DNA of 64,000 nucleotides from Candidatus Moraniibacteriota bacterium (lineage in GTDB: Bacteria; Patescibacteriota; Minisyncoccia; Moranbacterales; GCA-2747515). Positions 40,873 through 50,226 of the stretch are shown here, one piece after another. Position numbers and translations under genes: made by a program. The stretch lies in contig CP175956.1 of assembly GCA_046116545.1 (NCBI GenBank), positions 641,734-705,733 on the forward strand, in the 5' to 3' direction. The notes below the pieces were generated by a model. The model had not been told where the DNA came from, did no database searches, and worked only from the letters and a program-made list of their open reading frames with translations. The number at the start of each line of letters is the position of its first letter. Within the stretch, counting starts at the first letter, position 1.

Positions 40873-41412
40873 ATGTTAAAACGTCATAAGATTAATTTAC
40901 GAGCAGTGTCCGTAGAAGATGCCATGGTATTTATTCTTTGGATGAATGATCCTGAAGTAACTAAGTTTCTCGTGCGCTCAAAACCGATAACACTAACAAT
41001 GGAAAAAGAATGGATTGAGAGTGTTGGAAAGTCTGATTCTGAAATAGTTTTTACTATTGAGGCCATTGATGGTAGAAAACCAGTTGTAATTGGTAGCATC
41101 GGACTTCATAAAATCGATTGGCTTAACCGTAGTGCAACATTTGGTATTGTTATTGGTGATAAAAAATACTGGAGCAATGGATATGGCACGGAGGCTGCCG
41201 AGTTACTTATTAAATATGGGTTTAATTCATTGAATTTACATAGAATTGAATCAGCTGCTTATGCATTTAACAAGCGAAGTGTCGCATTACATAAAAAACT
41301 TGGATTTATGGAGGAGGGAATTAGTAGAAAAGCTATTTATAAAAATGGCAAGTATCATGATGTCGCTAATTTTGGCTTTTTACGTAAAGAATATAAAAAG
41401 CTGAACAAATAA
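40873..41412 (+). CDS. GNAT N-acetyltransferase, RimJ/RimL family
   Basis: YWSNGYGTEA, LNLHRI, N..S..LHKKLGF..EG. Confidence 0.9.
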   Translation: MLKRHKINLRAVSVEDAMVFILWMNDPEVTKFLVRSKPITLTMEKEWIESVGKSDSEIVFTIEAIDGRKPVVIGSIGLHKIDWLNRSATFGIVIGDKKYWSNGYGTEAAELLIKYGFNSLNLHRIESAAYAFNKRSVALHKKLGFMEEGISRKAIYKNGKYHDVANFGFLRKEYKKLNK

Positions 41413-41415
41413 TTT

Positions 41416-41442
41416 GTAAGGACAGACCTGTGTGTCTGTCCT
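41416..41442. repeat. REP-like hairpin
   Basis: GTAAGGACAGACCTGTGTGTCTGTCCT. Confidence 0.5.
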
Positions 41443-41528
41443 TTAAATTTGTATAAACAAAAAGGCGGGTATAAAACCCGCCACTACCATGTTTGTCATC
41501 CTGAACTTAATTTAGTAAATCAGATGTT

Positions 41529-41882
41529 TTAGTTAACCTTCTTGAAGTTTACATTATACATTGGTTCGTATAAGTTATCATATGCATCACGAACCTCAAC
41601 TGTCTCACCATCCATCATAGTTGATAGGGAAATATCAGACATCATTTCTTGTAATGATTTTGATTCTCCTTTAAGTTCATCAAGTTTTTCCCAACGCATT
41701 CCTAGATCTCTTTGTGCGCTTAATTCATGTTGTTTTTTTGTTTCTCTCATAACATTCATCTTTTCAATCAATTCTTGGTATTCAGCATCTTGAGCTAAAA
41801 CATCTTTATATTCTTTGCGAATTTCTTTCATTTCTTTTTTAGTGATTTGAAATTCACTAAAGACTTCTTGTACATCTTTCAT
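41529..41882 (-). CDS. Hypothetical coiled-coil protein
   Basis: 117 aa helical ORF ending YEPMYNVNFKK. Confidence 0.75.
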   Translation of the reverse strand: MKDVQEVFSEFQITKKEMKEIRKEYKDVLAQDAEYQELIEKMNVMRETKKQHELSAQRDLGMRWEKLDELKGESKSLQEMMSDISLSTMMDGETVEVRDAYDNLYEPMYNVNFKKVN

Positions 41883-42913
41883 ATGTTTTTTTGTTTAATT
41901 ATTTTACGAACACAAAATCTATTATACCATACAATATCACTAAATAATAAACTTCAATTATAAAAACATTAAAGCGTGGGGAAGAGGTCTATAAGATAGT
42001 AGGTGTTGAGTATGTCCTAAATATAAAATAGTTAAAAACATAACTTTGAATCATTTTAGAATACAATGGATACTAGTCTAATACTATAGATATTAAATAT
42101 ATGTGGTATTTTTTTATCAAAATTAAAAGTGTAATAGATAAATATTTTTATGTCGCACAATATTTTAGTATATAAAGTTCATTGGGGAAGAGTTGTATTT
42201 GTAAGTATGCCTTTTATCAATCATTTTTCACTACTAATGCAGTATAAATTTATACTCATATATCATAGGATTCTAAACCATTATTAGTTAACTTTACATA
42301 AACTATAAATCATTTTTATTTTTAAAAAATATTTTATTATTAAGTTTGAATAAAAAATTATAATAAATATTAGCTAAATTAAAATCTAATTCAAAAAGAA
42401 ATGAATATGTATGTACATATGTATTATTTTATAATGTATCTATTTAGTGCTTAATTTGATAATTAGTAGCACTAAATACGCAAGTGACAGATTGACTGGT
42501 GTGTTTGTAAGAAAAAAGTAATACCTATATACCACTAATTTTTTACAAAACGTCTAAGGAGATTTCATGTATACGTTTTGAATAAAAAAGTAATACGTAA
42601 GTACCACTGAAATTGTATATTTTGCAGAGTTAAAAACTAACTAAGTTGTATAAACTCAAATTAACTATTTATAAAACTTCCATAGCATATCTGGGATTAA
42701 AAATTTTATAAATAATTGGATAAAAAACATTTTTAAAATACAAAATAATTTATAAATTATTTAAAATTTAATTTATTAAAATATAGATTTTAAGCTAAAA
42801 TTCATTATTTATCATAAGTAAGATAGTATATAGATCTCCAAAAACTAGAAATATTATATATTTTTGTTTAAAAGGTACTTTTTTGGCTTAAATAAAGGGT
42901 TTTTAATGATGGT

Positions 42914-42941
42914 ATGTCGCATAAGATACATTGTGCGACAT
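42914..42941. other. dif-like Xer recombination site at the putative terminus
   Basis: ATGTCGCATAA-GATACA-TTGTGCGACAT (11-6-11) in a 1.2 kb intergenic region at the strand-bias switch. Confidence 0.75.
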
Positions 42942-43085
42942 AGAATATATCATGAATTCATACCATTTAACCTAGTTCCTTGAATAAATTAGCTTGCTAC
43001 TGATACCTCTAAAAATCGCATTTGACTAACTTTTTAACTTAAAACCATCCATTATACTATTATATACTGGATGGTTTATGTATTT

Positions 43086-43258
43086 TTATTCTGATTGTTT
43101 ATGCAATCTCTGGGACATTCTTTTTGCTAATCCCATAATTGCAGGACTTAAGGTTCTAATCGAACCATCCGGCATCAGTACTTCAGGTTTTTTAATGCCT
43201 ACAAGTTTACGATTTAATAATCTGCGATGACCTAAGTTTTTTTCGTTATGAAATGCAT
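43086..43258 (-). pseudogene. Small ORF interrupted at an A7 tract
   Basis: SD plus ATG gives MHFITKKT*; one extra A gives a continuous 57 aa ORF. Confidence 0.35.
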
Positions 43259-43275
43259 AACCTCTCCCCTACTTT

Positions 43276-43698
43276 TTACAGCATCATTTTAAATACATTA
43301 GTGTCATTTTTTTCGAAACCTTTTTGTTGGTAAAGTTGTATAGCTGCTTTCCTGGCACTATTACTAGTTAATTCTAAGCGACATAACTTCAACTTTTTAG
43401 CTTCTGATATCAAATAATCAATCATTGCACTACCTATCCCCTGTCGCAGATAAGATTTGTCAACAATAACGTCTTCAATAGTACCGACACTGCCTTGACT
43501 GGGAACCAATCGCACAGTAAGTGCACAAAAAGATATGATTTTACCAGAATCTTTTACTACAAAACAAATACAATGATCATCATAAACACATTGCCTCAGA
43601 TAATCTTTGGTAACGCAGTTACGTGTTAATTGCAAAAATAGTTTTTGAACATCTAAAAGGTTATCTTTTACAGCTAACCTTTTAACAATAATATCCAT
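43276..43698 (-). CDS. GNAT N-acetyltransferase, GNA1-like
   Basis: IEDVIVD..YLRQGIG, LELTSN..R..A..LYQQKGF. Confidence 0.88.
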   Translation of the reverse strand: MDIIVKRLAVKDNLLDVQKLFLQLTRNCVTKDYLRQCVYDDHCICFVVKDSGKIISFCALTVRLVPSQGSVGTIEDVIVDKSYLRQGIGSAMIDYLISEAKKLKLCRLELTSNSARKAAIQLYQQKGFEKNDTNVFKMML

Positions 43699-43715
43699 AA
43701 TTCTCCTCCTTAACT

Positions 43716-44417
43716 CTAGTCATTTTTTATAAGAGTTCCTTCAAATTTTCTATTGTATAAGTACGCATCTAAATTTTCCAAATTTGCACCGTTTAATGTA
43801 ACTGCCTCCAAATTCTCTCGTTTGGCATATTCGGCTGCAATAGGATCAAATGGAGCATTCATACCAGGGCTCCATTCAGCTGTATTGATTTCTTGAAATC
43901 TTTCCCAAGACATCTCCTCTATTTTTATAGCATCAGGAAACTTTGCAGGATCCTTATCATAAACATAGTCTATATTTGATAAATTTACAATCTTTTTGAT
44001 ATTTAGGTATCTTGCAAGTAGCACAGTATCATAATCAGTAGAAAAACCAGGACGCCATCCAGCAGCAATCATAATAGGCTGTTCACATTGGAAAAAATCT
44101 TCTAAATCATGTGGATTTGTATTTATACGAGGATGCGCATAGTCACGAAATATTGTACGTATTAAATGTGCATTTAAACGAGTAGCATGTATACCTAACC
44201 AGTCTTTATCTTCATCATTTACATCCGGAGAGATTGCCTCGGCTGCATTTGCATATTGTCGTGCTGTTTTACCTCCACCAGTTATAAAAACAAATCTTTT
44301 ATCATTTTCTTTTACATGTTTTATTATTAATGCACGAAACTCCTTTAAAAAATCTACATTAATATCTTTTGGAGCTATTAAGGATCCACCTAGATTGATA
44401 ATACATGTTTTTTCCAT
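43716..44417 (-). CDS. pyrH: UMP kinase, archaeal type
   Basis: LGGS, GGGKTARQY, D.LGIHATRLNA, PGFSTD, VYDKDP, PFDP. Confidence 0.92.
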   Translation of the reverse strand: MEKTCIINLGGSLIAPKDINVDFLKEFRALIIKHVKENDKRFVFITGGGKTARQYANAAEAISPDVNDEDKDWLGIHATRLNAHLIRTIFRDYAHPRINTNPHDLEDFFQCEQPIMIAAGWRPGFSTDYDTVLLARYLNIKKIVNLSNIDYVYDKDPAKFPDAIKIEEMSWERFQEINTAEWSPGMNAPFDPIAAEYAKRENLEAVTLNGANLENLDAYLYNRKFEGTLIKND

Positions 44418-44440
44418 ATGTCTTTTTATTTAATTATTTA

Positions 44441-44845
44441 TTATTTACATGAAGTTGATCTTTTGTAACCTTTTTCAATTGCTTCTGCATCCGATTTGAA
44501 GCATCTTAAATTTTCTTTTGATATCTTTTTTGCATATGAACAGTCTGGTGGATAGTATTTAGCTCCTTTTACACTTCCTACATAAATACAATCTTTTTGC
44601 GTTAGTACAGAGTTCTCACAGATTTCCTTTATTATAACAGGTGCATTAATTGGTTTTTCTACAATAATAGGAGATTGTGTAATTCCAGCTCCTTTTAAGG
44701 TTCCAAATACAAAACTAAGCACAGCTACTACCACAAAACCAATAATTAACAAGATTTGTCTTTCATTCTCTGAAAACCAGTTAACTAGAGATTTTCGTAA
44801 TTTATTTATTTTCAATTGCATTTCTTTCCAACTTAGCATGTTCAT
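44441..44845 (-). CDS. Membrane-anchored protein with Ada-like metal-binding domain
   Basis: TM plus YVGS....KYY..DC..AK.I..EN...F....EA...GY. Confidence 0.75.
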   Translation of the reverse strand: MNMLSWKEMQLKINKLRKSLVNWFSENERQILLIIGFVVVAVLSFVFGTLKGAGITQSPIIVEKPINAPVIIKEICENSVLTQKDCIYVGSVKGAKYYPPDCSYAKKISKENLRCFKSDAEAIEKGYKRSTSCK

Positions 44846-44972
44846 ATAACATAATTAATTATTTATAACACACGTCCATTGACAATATCAAATTCTTTAG
44901 CTATAATATCATAGTATAAAAATTTATGGAAGACTTTGCGGTCTTTCCCTTTAATATATTAACTTTTAAACT

Positions 44973-45251
44973 ATGGCACATCGAAAAGCCGGTGGATCCA
45001 CCAGTCTGGGCCGTGATTCAATATCTAAGCGATTAGGAGTAAAAATCTACGGTTCTCAAAAAGCTCAAATTGGTAGCATCATAGTTCGTCAAAGAGGTAC
45101 AAAAATTCACCCAGGTGAAAATGTAACTCGAGGTGAAGATGATACACTTTTTTCAACAGCAGTTGGAACAGTGAAATTCATGGACAAAAAAGTAAGAGAT
45201 TTCACAGGGAAGTTGAAAACAAGAAAATTTGTTAGCGTAGTAACTGAATAA
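44973..45251 (+). CDS. rpmA: 50S ribosomal protein L27
   Basis: [30 protein letters not shown]. Confidence 0.97.
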   Translation: MAHRKAGGSTSLGRDSISKRLGVKIYGSQKAQIGSIIVRQRGTKIHPGENVTRGEDDTLFSTAVGTVKFMDKKVRDFTGKLKTRKFVSVVTE

Positions 45252-45406
45252 TATAAGTCAGTTCCCTTCTAAATTATAAAAAACACTCATTTTATATGAG
45301 TGTTTTTTATTATAAACAAATTGACATGCTTTATAAATTTGGTATATATTACAATCAATGAAATAGTATTTTAATAATATAATATATTTATAGGAGACTT
45401 ATATAA

Positions 45407-45913
45407 ATGACTGATTACATACCAAAAGAAGCTTTTGTCTTGAAAAGTGGTAAATACGTTGGAACTAGCCTAGACCAATTAATGTTTGTTGATTGTACAC
45501 ATATACTTTATTTACTCAATGTATACAAAGATGATTCTTCACAAAAAAGTCAATTATACAAACATCTAATTTGGCTATCAGAACAAGCAACAACTAGACA
45601 AATCACGGCTATCTGTCCTCATTGCAATGAAAATACAATGAAGTATTTTGCATTAATTTCTGATAGAAAATCTAATTACAAAACAGGATTGAGGCAAACA
45701 TGTTGTGCAAATGACACTTGTCAGAATAAGCTAAAAAAATCTTTATATTTATCTAATGAATATTATTTTAGAATTCTTGCTATGGAATTTGATTCCATGT
45801 TAAATGTTAGACATAAAAAAGCACGAGATGAAATATCCAAATTACTAAAAAGAATATTTGGATTACCAAAAAAATTAACAAGAGAGCTTGCCTTTAATTT
45901 TTTTGCACAATAA
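45407..45913 (+). CDS. Hypothetical protein with CxxC motif
   Basis: AGGAG SD, own TTGACA promoter, CPHC...CC...C. Confidence 0.65.
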   Translation: MTDYIPKEAFVLKSGKYVGTSLDQLMFVDCTHILYLLNVYKDDSSQKSQLYKHLIWLSEQATTRQITAICPHCNENTMKYFALISDRKSNYKTGLRQTCCANDTCQNKLKKSLYLSNEYYFRILAMEFDSMLNVRHKKARDEISKLLKRIFGLPKKLTRELAFNFFAQ

Positions 45914-45976
45914 CCGTTGTAAGAACCTCCCATAATAAAAGACGCTAGATAATTTTAGCGTCTTTTTAAATTGTAA

Positions 45977-47230
45977 TTATTTTTCAATTTGTTTAGATAA
46001 CTTTTGAAATTCTTTATCTTTTTTGCAAATATCAGGATGTACTTGTAATGCCATATCATTAATTCCCAATAATTTCATGTTACTTAAAGTTTTCACTCGT
46101 GATAGAGCAACATAGCCCATACCATATTCAAATGCTTTGCTAAGGTCCATTTCTGCACTATCAAGAGTCATTCCTTGACTCTTATGTACTGTAATGGCCC
46201 ATGCTAGCCTGAGAGGTAACTGAGTAAGTTCTGCAAGTGTCTCACCCTCTTCTTCAATTGACCATTTCTCAGGGAATACTACTATCTCTTCCCCATTAGC
46301 AATTTCTACAATAGGAAATTTATCTTCACTAAAATCAATGACTCTGCCAACAGTACCATTCACATAACCTTCTTCAAAATTATTTCGCACAAACATTACC
46401 AATGCACCTTCCTTTAGAATGAGCTTCTCTGGAGCAAGACAACCCTTCTGTAATGCAGTTATAATCATTTCATTACCATCTGTTGCCATTTGATATGCAA
46501 GTGATGGCGTTTCTAATTTGCTCAATTCACGATTATTTATATTATCTACATCCACGTTATGTGTGAATAATTTTGTAGACTCAGCATTATCATCTTTAAA
46601 CGGATCATCAATTAAATCTTGTAGTAGATTACGAGTTTCATCACCAACTTTTCCATTTCTGATGTCTGATAAAATTTGTACAATATCATCTTCCTCCTGA
46701 CGAAATTGTTCTGTAAGATAACAAGATTTTATTTTTAATTCCTTCCAACTCTGAGATTCAAAAGCAAATTTAACTTTGTCTTCAGTATTTCTAGATATTG
46801 GAGGAAGTTGAAAAAAGTCACCTGAAAGAACCACCTGCATACCACCAAAAGGCTCCCAGCTACCACGAGCAAGTCTAAGAATTTTATTTATCAAATCCAA
46901 CTGATGTGCATGTACCATGGAAACTTCATCAATTATAAGTACATCCGTTTTAGTAAGTCTTTCACGAATAATTGGCTTCTTGAGCATTTGAGTAATATCC
47001 TTATTATCCAAATCATCCTTAATACCCATACCACTCCAAGAATGAATAGTACGTCCACCAATATGAGTTGCTGCAATACCAGTTGAAGCCGTAATAGCAA
47101 CTTTACTTTTATTTTCTTTTAAATAATCAATATATTCATTAAGTAGATAGGTTTTACCACTACCAGCAGCACCAGTAAGAAAAACATTATGACCATCTTT
47201 CAAAATTTCTAAAGCAGTTTTTTGTTTCAT
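45977..47230 (-). CDS. PIF1-family SF1B helicase
   Basis: TGAAGSGKT, TASTGIAA, IIDEVSM, GDFFQLPP, LAWAITVHKSQG, YVALSR. Confidence 0.93.
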   Translation of the reverse strand: MKQKTALEILKDGHNVFLTGAAGSGKTYLLNEYIDYLKENKSKVAITASTGIAATHIGGRTIHSWSGMGIKDDLDNKDITQMLKKPIIRERLTKTDVLIIDEVSMVHAHQLDLINKILRLARGSWEPFGGMQVVLSGDFFQLPPISRNTEDKVKFAFESQSWKELKIKSCYLTEQFRQEEDDIVQILSDIRNGKVGDETRNLLQDLIDDPFKDDNAESTKLFTHNVDVDNINNRELSKLETPSLAYQMATDGNEMIITALQKGCLAPEKLILKEGALVMFVRNNFEEGYVNGTVGRVIDFSEDKFPIVEIANGEEIVVFPEKWSIEEEGETLAELTQLPLRLAWAITVHKSQGMTLDSAEMDLSKAFEYGMGYVALSRVKTLSNMKLLGINDMALQVHPDICKKDKEFQKLSKQIEK

Positions 47231-47258
47231 TTGATATAACTTATATGTAATTGTATAT

Positions 47259-47284
47259 TGTCATTCCTGCGCAGGCAGGAATCT
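47259..47284. repeat. Palindromic repeat family 2
   Basis: TGTCATTCCTGCGCAGGCAGGAATCT, reverse-complement relative of 4558-4583. Confidence 0.8.
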
Positions 47285-47368
47285 TATACAACAACATCTT
47301 CAATAATTAACCATATAACTATACCACGAATCCAAATCAAAGGTCCATCTCTTCAGTAATTACTATCA

Positions 47369-47391
47369 CGTTCGAATCCTATTGCCCCAAC
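47369..47391 (+). repeat. tRNA 3'-end-like fragment, degenerate repeat copy G
   Basis: CGTTCGAATCCTATTGCCCCAAC has T-loop, 5 nt stem and 7 nt acceptor spacing; no 5' tRNA half. Confidence 0.55.
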
Positions 47392-47464
47392 TTTTTTTAA
47401 ACAAACAAAAAACCCACCGAAGCAGATTTTCTGCTGGCAGGTTAATATGAATTGACTACATATC

Positions 47465-47920
47465 CTACAGATTTCCGCAACCAGGACATTTTCCATTGGC
47501 TGACTGCATATGTTCAATCGATCCATGAATTTCACATTCAGGTTCTGATACTTTATTATTTGGTGGTGTATACCGACAAGAGTAATATTCCACAGAAAAT
47601 GGTGGACTTAGTGCCTCAATTTCTTTAATTGCTTGTGCCTCATCATAGAAATCTCCAGCTCTTTGCTTCAACAAAACATCAGCCACTTCTCCATCCTTGG
47701 CAAGATTTCTTGCCTCTTCAGTAAGCTCAACAATAACCTCAGCAGTTGGGTCAACATATTCATCAACTGTTCCATCTTTCTTTTTTTCATAGACAGTAAT
47801 AACAGCATCCGATGACTCAATGGCAATCCCAAAATTAAGGATTGGTAAAATTTTACTCATAAAAAATTTTTCAATTTTACCATTCATCTCAGAACTTCCG
47901 CCCTTCAAAATAACTTTCAT
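47465..47920 (-). CDS. Hypothetical protein with C-terminal zinc ribbon (cassette cargo)
   Basis: AGGAGG SD; CEIHG...CPGCG. Confidence 0.7.
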   Translation of the reverse strand: MKVILKGGSSEMNGKIEKFFMSKILPILNFGIAIESSDAVITVYEKKKDGTVDEYVDPTAEVIVELTEEARNLAKDGEVADVLLKQRAGDFYDEAQAIKEIEALSPPFSVEYYSCRYTPPNNKVSEPECEIHGSIEHMQSANGKCPGCGNL

Positions 47921-47982
47921 CAGTTTTTCCTCCTATACTTATTTATTTGACTCGAAATGAGTGTTTGTTAATGTAACTAACA

Positions 47983-48011
47983 ATTATACCTTAAATTCAC
48001 TAATATGTCAA
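47983..48011 (-). promoter_or_regulatory. Consensus sigma70 promoter
   Basis: TTGACA-17 bp-TATAAT directly downstream of repeat C. Confidence 0.75.
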
Positions 48012-48033
48012 TCTCTTCTCAAGACCTTAAATT

Positions 48034-48087
48034 CTAATTCAAAGCTGAATTCAATACCGTTCGAACTTCGTCCCATAGGGCCAACAA
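48034..48087 (-). repeat. Cassette-boundary repeat, copy C (LLALWDEVRTVLNSALN*)
   Basis: TTGTTGGCCCTATGGGACGAAGTTCGAACGGTATTGAATTCAGCTTTGAATTAG. Confidence 0.9.
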
Positions 48088-48110
48088 ATAAAACATGTCT
48101 TTTGTCAAGG

Positions 48111-48845
48111 TCATTTATAATTTTTTTCAGTAACTAGCAGGCCTGTATCATACATATGATTTTTATCATTTGCCCCATAAACAGATTCTTCTATTAATTC
48201 AAAAGTATCATAATCGACATCAGTCATAATACTATTTCCATAGATAATATTTGTATTGTCTTTATAATAACCATGGCCAATTTTTTCAAATGAATTTGGG
48301 TCTACATTCTCAACAATCTTTTGATAATAAAAAACCTTATCTTTATCTCTTGCGTATCCACAACAAAAAGACACCATCTCGAAAGAAGCATAATCTGCAT
48401 CAACTTCAAGACCTTTATAAAATATCTTTGAAGCATCTTTAGCATAATATCCTTTTAATGCTCTGAATGTCAAAGGATTAGCATTTATCAATATATTATT
48501 GTAATAAACCGTGTCTTTGTCTGCAAAATATCCATAACTACCAATTTCTCGAAATGTTTTTGGATCCAATCCTTCAAATGTTTTCATTGTAAACTTACTT
48601 CCACTCGAATTTACATTGCCTACACAAATTCGATCTTTTAAAATTTTAAATTGAGGGCCTTTTGCTGCTGCCTGAACAGAATAGCAGCGATCAAATATTT
48701 TACCAATAAAATCTCGAGTGCTGTATAAATCGTTTATTGCTTTATGAGGAAGATATTTTAAATTAATAAAAAACAATGTTATTAATAAAAAAATAGCCAA
48801 AAATAAAACAAATAGAACCCAAAATAAATATCTAACTTTTCTCAT
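48111..48845 (-). CDS. DKNYY-repeat domain protein (cassette cargo)
   Basis: N-terminal TM; repeated DP.TF....Y.KDK..VYY units. Confidence 0.85.
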   Translation of the reverse strand: MRKVRYLFWVLFVLFLAIFLLITLFFINLKYLPHKAINDLYSTRDFIGKIFDRCYSVQAAAKGPQFKILKDRICVGNVNSSGSKFTMKTFEGLDPKTFREIGSYGYFADKDTVYYNNILINANPLTFRALKGYYAKDASKIFYKGLEVDADYASFEMVSFCCGYARDKDKVFYYQKIVENVDPNSFEKIGHGYYKDNTNIIYGNSIMTDVDYDTFELIEESVYGANDKNHMYDTGLLVTEKNYK

Positions 48846-48877
48846 AAAATAATTATACCAAAAATTGCCAGAATGAA

Positions 48878-49390
48878 CTATTTATTGCAATAAAAGTGTT
48901 CGAACTTCATCCCATAGGGCCAACAATTTTTATTAAAAATCTCTATAGCGGCATAAACAAATATCCGATCTTTTTCCTTTGCAGCTTCCGAGAGAAATTT
49001 GTAAGGCAACTGATGTTGTTGTTCTGCTCTACTCATATTCCTACTTAACCAATCTTCATGTACCAAGTGTGAAACTATTTCTACAAATTTATCATTGAAT
49101 GAACCACTATTATGACTTACTCTCAAAACCTCATCAAAAGCCACCTTGCTTCCATGCCATCTCTCATTTTTCCAATCTAAAGGTAAGTCACTATAACAAA
49201 GATTAGCAAGATCTACCTGATTGGTACCATTTTTTTTAATCCAATTAGAATCAAGTGTTGCCTTTATTCTTGTTCCGTTATTTTTTTCTTTGTATATCAC
49301 CTTAAATTTTTCGTGTACATTATCAGCAACAGTTATAATCAATCTTTCATAATCAGAGTCTTTGTGTTTATTCAAGACTTCCTTACTCAT
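48878..49390 (-). CDS. RyR-repeat-like domain protein (cassette cargo)
   Basis: Two units: ADNVHE...YSDLP.DWK and VHEDW...LPYKFLSEAAKEKDR. Confidence 0.65.
   Translation of the reverse strand: MSKEVLNKHKDSDYERLIITVADNVHEKFKVIYKEKNNGTRIKATLDSNWIKKNGTNQVDLANLCYSDLPLDWKNERWHGSKVAFDEVLRVSHNSGSFNDKFVEIVSHLVHEDWLSRNMSRAEQQHQLPYKFLSEAAKEKDRIFVYAAIEIFNKNCWPYGMKFEHFYCNK
48882..48926 (-). repeat. Cassette-boundary repeat, copy D (LLALWDEVRTLLLQ*)
   Basis: TTGTTGGCCCTATGGGATGAAGTTCGAACACTTTTATTGCAATAA. Confidence 0.9.
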
Positions 49391-49448
49391 GCAACAAAAA
49401 AATAATTTTTACCTATTTAGTATATCAAAACTTGCCCAAAAACACTAT

Positions 49449-49493
49449 CTATTCTAATAAAACCGTTCGAACCTCGTCCCACAGGGCCACTAG
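49449..49493 (-). repeat. Cassette-boundary repeat, copy E (LVALWDEVRTVLLE*)
   Basis: CTAGTGGCCCTGTGGGACGAGGTTCGAACGGTTTTATTAGAATAG. Confidence 0.9.
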
Positions 49494-49508
49494 TTTTTTG
49501 AAAAATAA

Positions 49509-49539
49509 AGGGGTTAGAAAATATATTTTTCTAACCCCT
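49509..49539 (-). terminator. Terminator hairpin before repeat E
   Basis: AGGGGTTAGAAAA-loop-TTTTCTAACCCCT. Confidence 0.7.
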
Positions 49540-49582
49540 GCTATTCTATTGTTCCTATGTTATTTTACAACAATTCTCTATT

Positions 49583-50122
49583 CTATATTTTTCCTGTTAG
49601 GAGGTAGAAGAGTCTTGAGATAAGTTCTCTTGGAATAAATATCCACGCATTTCTCGTCCATATTTGATCTGACAAATGATCATATGGAACTTTTTTAGTG
49701 GCTACAACCAAGGTATCAAGTCCTAACTTTTTAGCTGTCATTACACAACGCCAGCAATGCTGTGGGTGTGCAAGAATAATTGATCTACGCCACCCATTTT
49801 TTTCACAAATATCTTTTGATTGAGCAATCACTTCATAAGTATCAAGATATTTACCTTTTTCCTGATGTTTCCTGACAACTCCCGCCTTTGAAACATCATT
49901 GATACAATCAGCAATTTCCCATTGTAAAATTAATGGTACACAGTATTTTTTATGCACCTCTTTGGCAATATCTGCCAATTCTTCGTTACTTTTACCAGGA
50001 TCATCATTTGGTCGGTTACCAAAAGACTGTCCAATCAATACATCAGCTTTTTTCAAACAATCTTCAGAATCACTGGGCATATGCCACACAAAGAAACATT
50101 CAATCATTTTTTTAATAAACAT
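49583..50122 (-). CDS. Hypothetical protein, possible YdcF/DUF218-like fold (cassette cargo)
   Basis: AAGGAGG SD; LDTYE, IILAHPQHCWRC...LGL, PRE pattern. Confidence 0.65.
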   Translation of the reverse strand: MFIKKMIECFFVWHMPSDSEDCLKKADVLIGQSFGNRPNDDPGKSNEELADIAKEVHKKYCVPLILQWEIADCINDVSKAGVVRKHQEKGKYLDTYEVIAQSKDICEKNGWRRSIILAHPQHCWRCVMTAKKLGLDTLVVATKKVPYDHLSDQIWTRNAWIFIPRELISRLFYLLTGKI

Positions 50123-50226
50123 AGCAAGCCTCCTTGATTGTTTATGAAGTTTTTTCTTATGCTATTAAATCAATAATAACTTGAAATATTAACATATTTT
50201 CATGATTTTGTAAAGACTACATGACT

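Noticed and set aside
41978-42192. Two GGGGAAGAG motifs as KOPS-like FtsK loading sites
   Set aside because: Only two copies noticed; cannot be separated from chance without genome-wide polarity statistics.
41883-43085. Replication origin
   Set aside because: Genes converge on rather than diverge from this region, no DnaA-box cluster was seen, and a dif-like site is present.
47330-47395. Complete tRNA gene
   Set aside because: Only a T-loop and acceptor 3' strand are recognisable; no D-arm, anticodon arm or pairing 5' strand.
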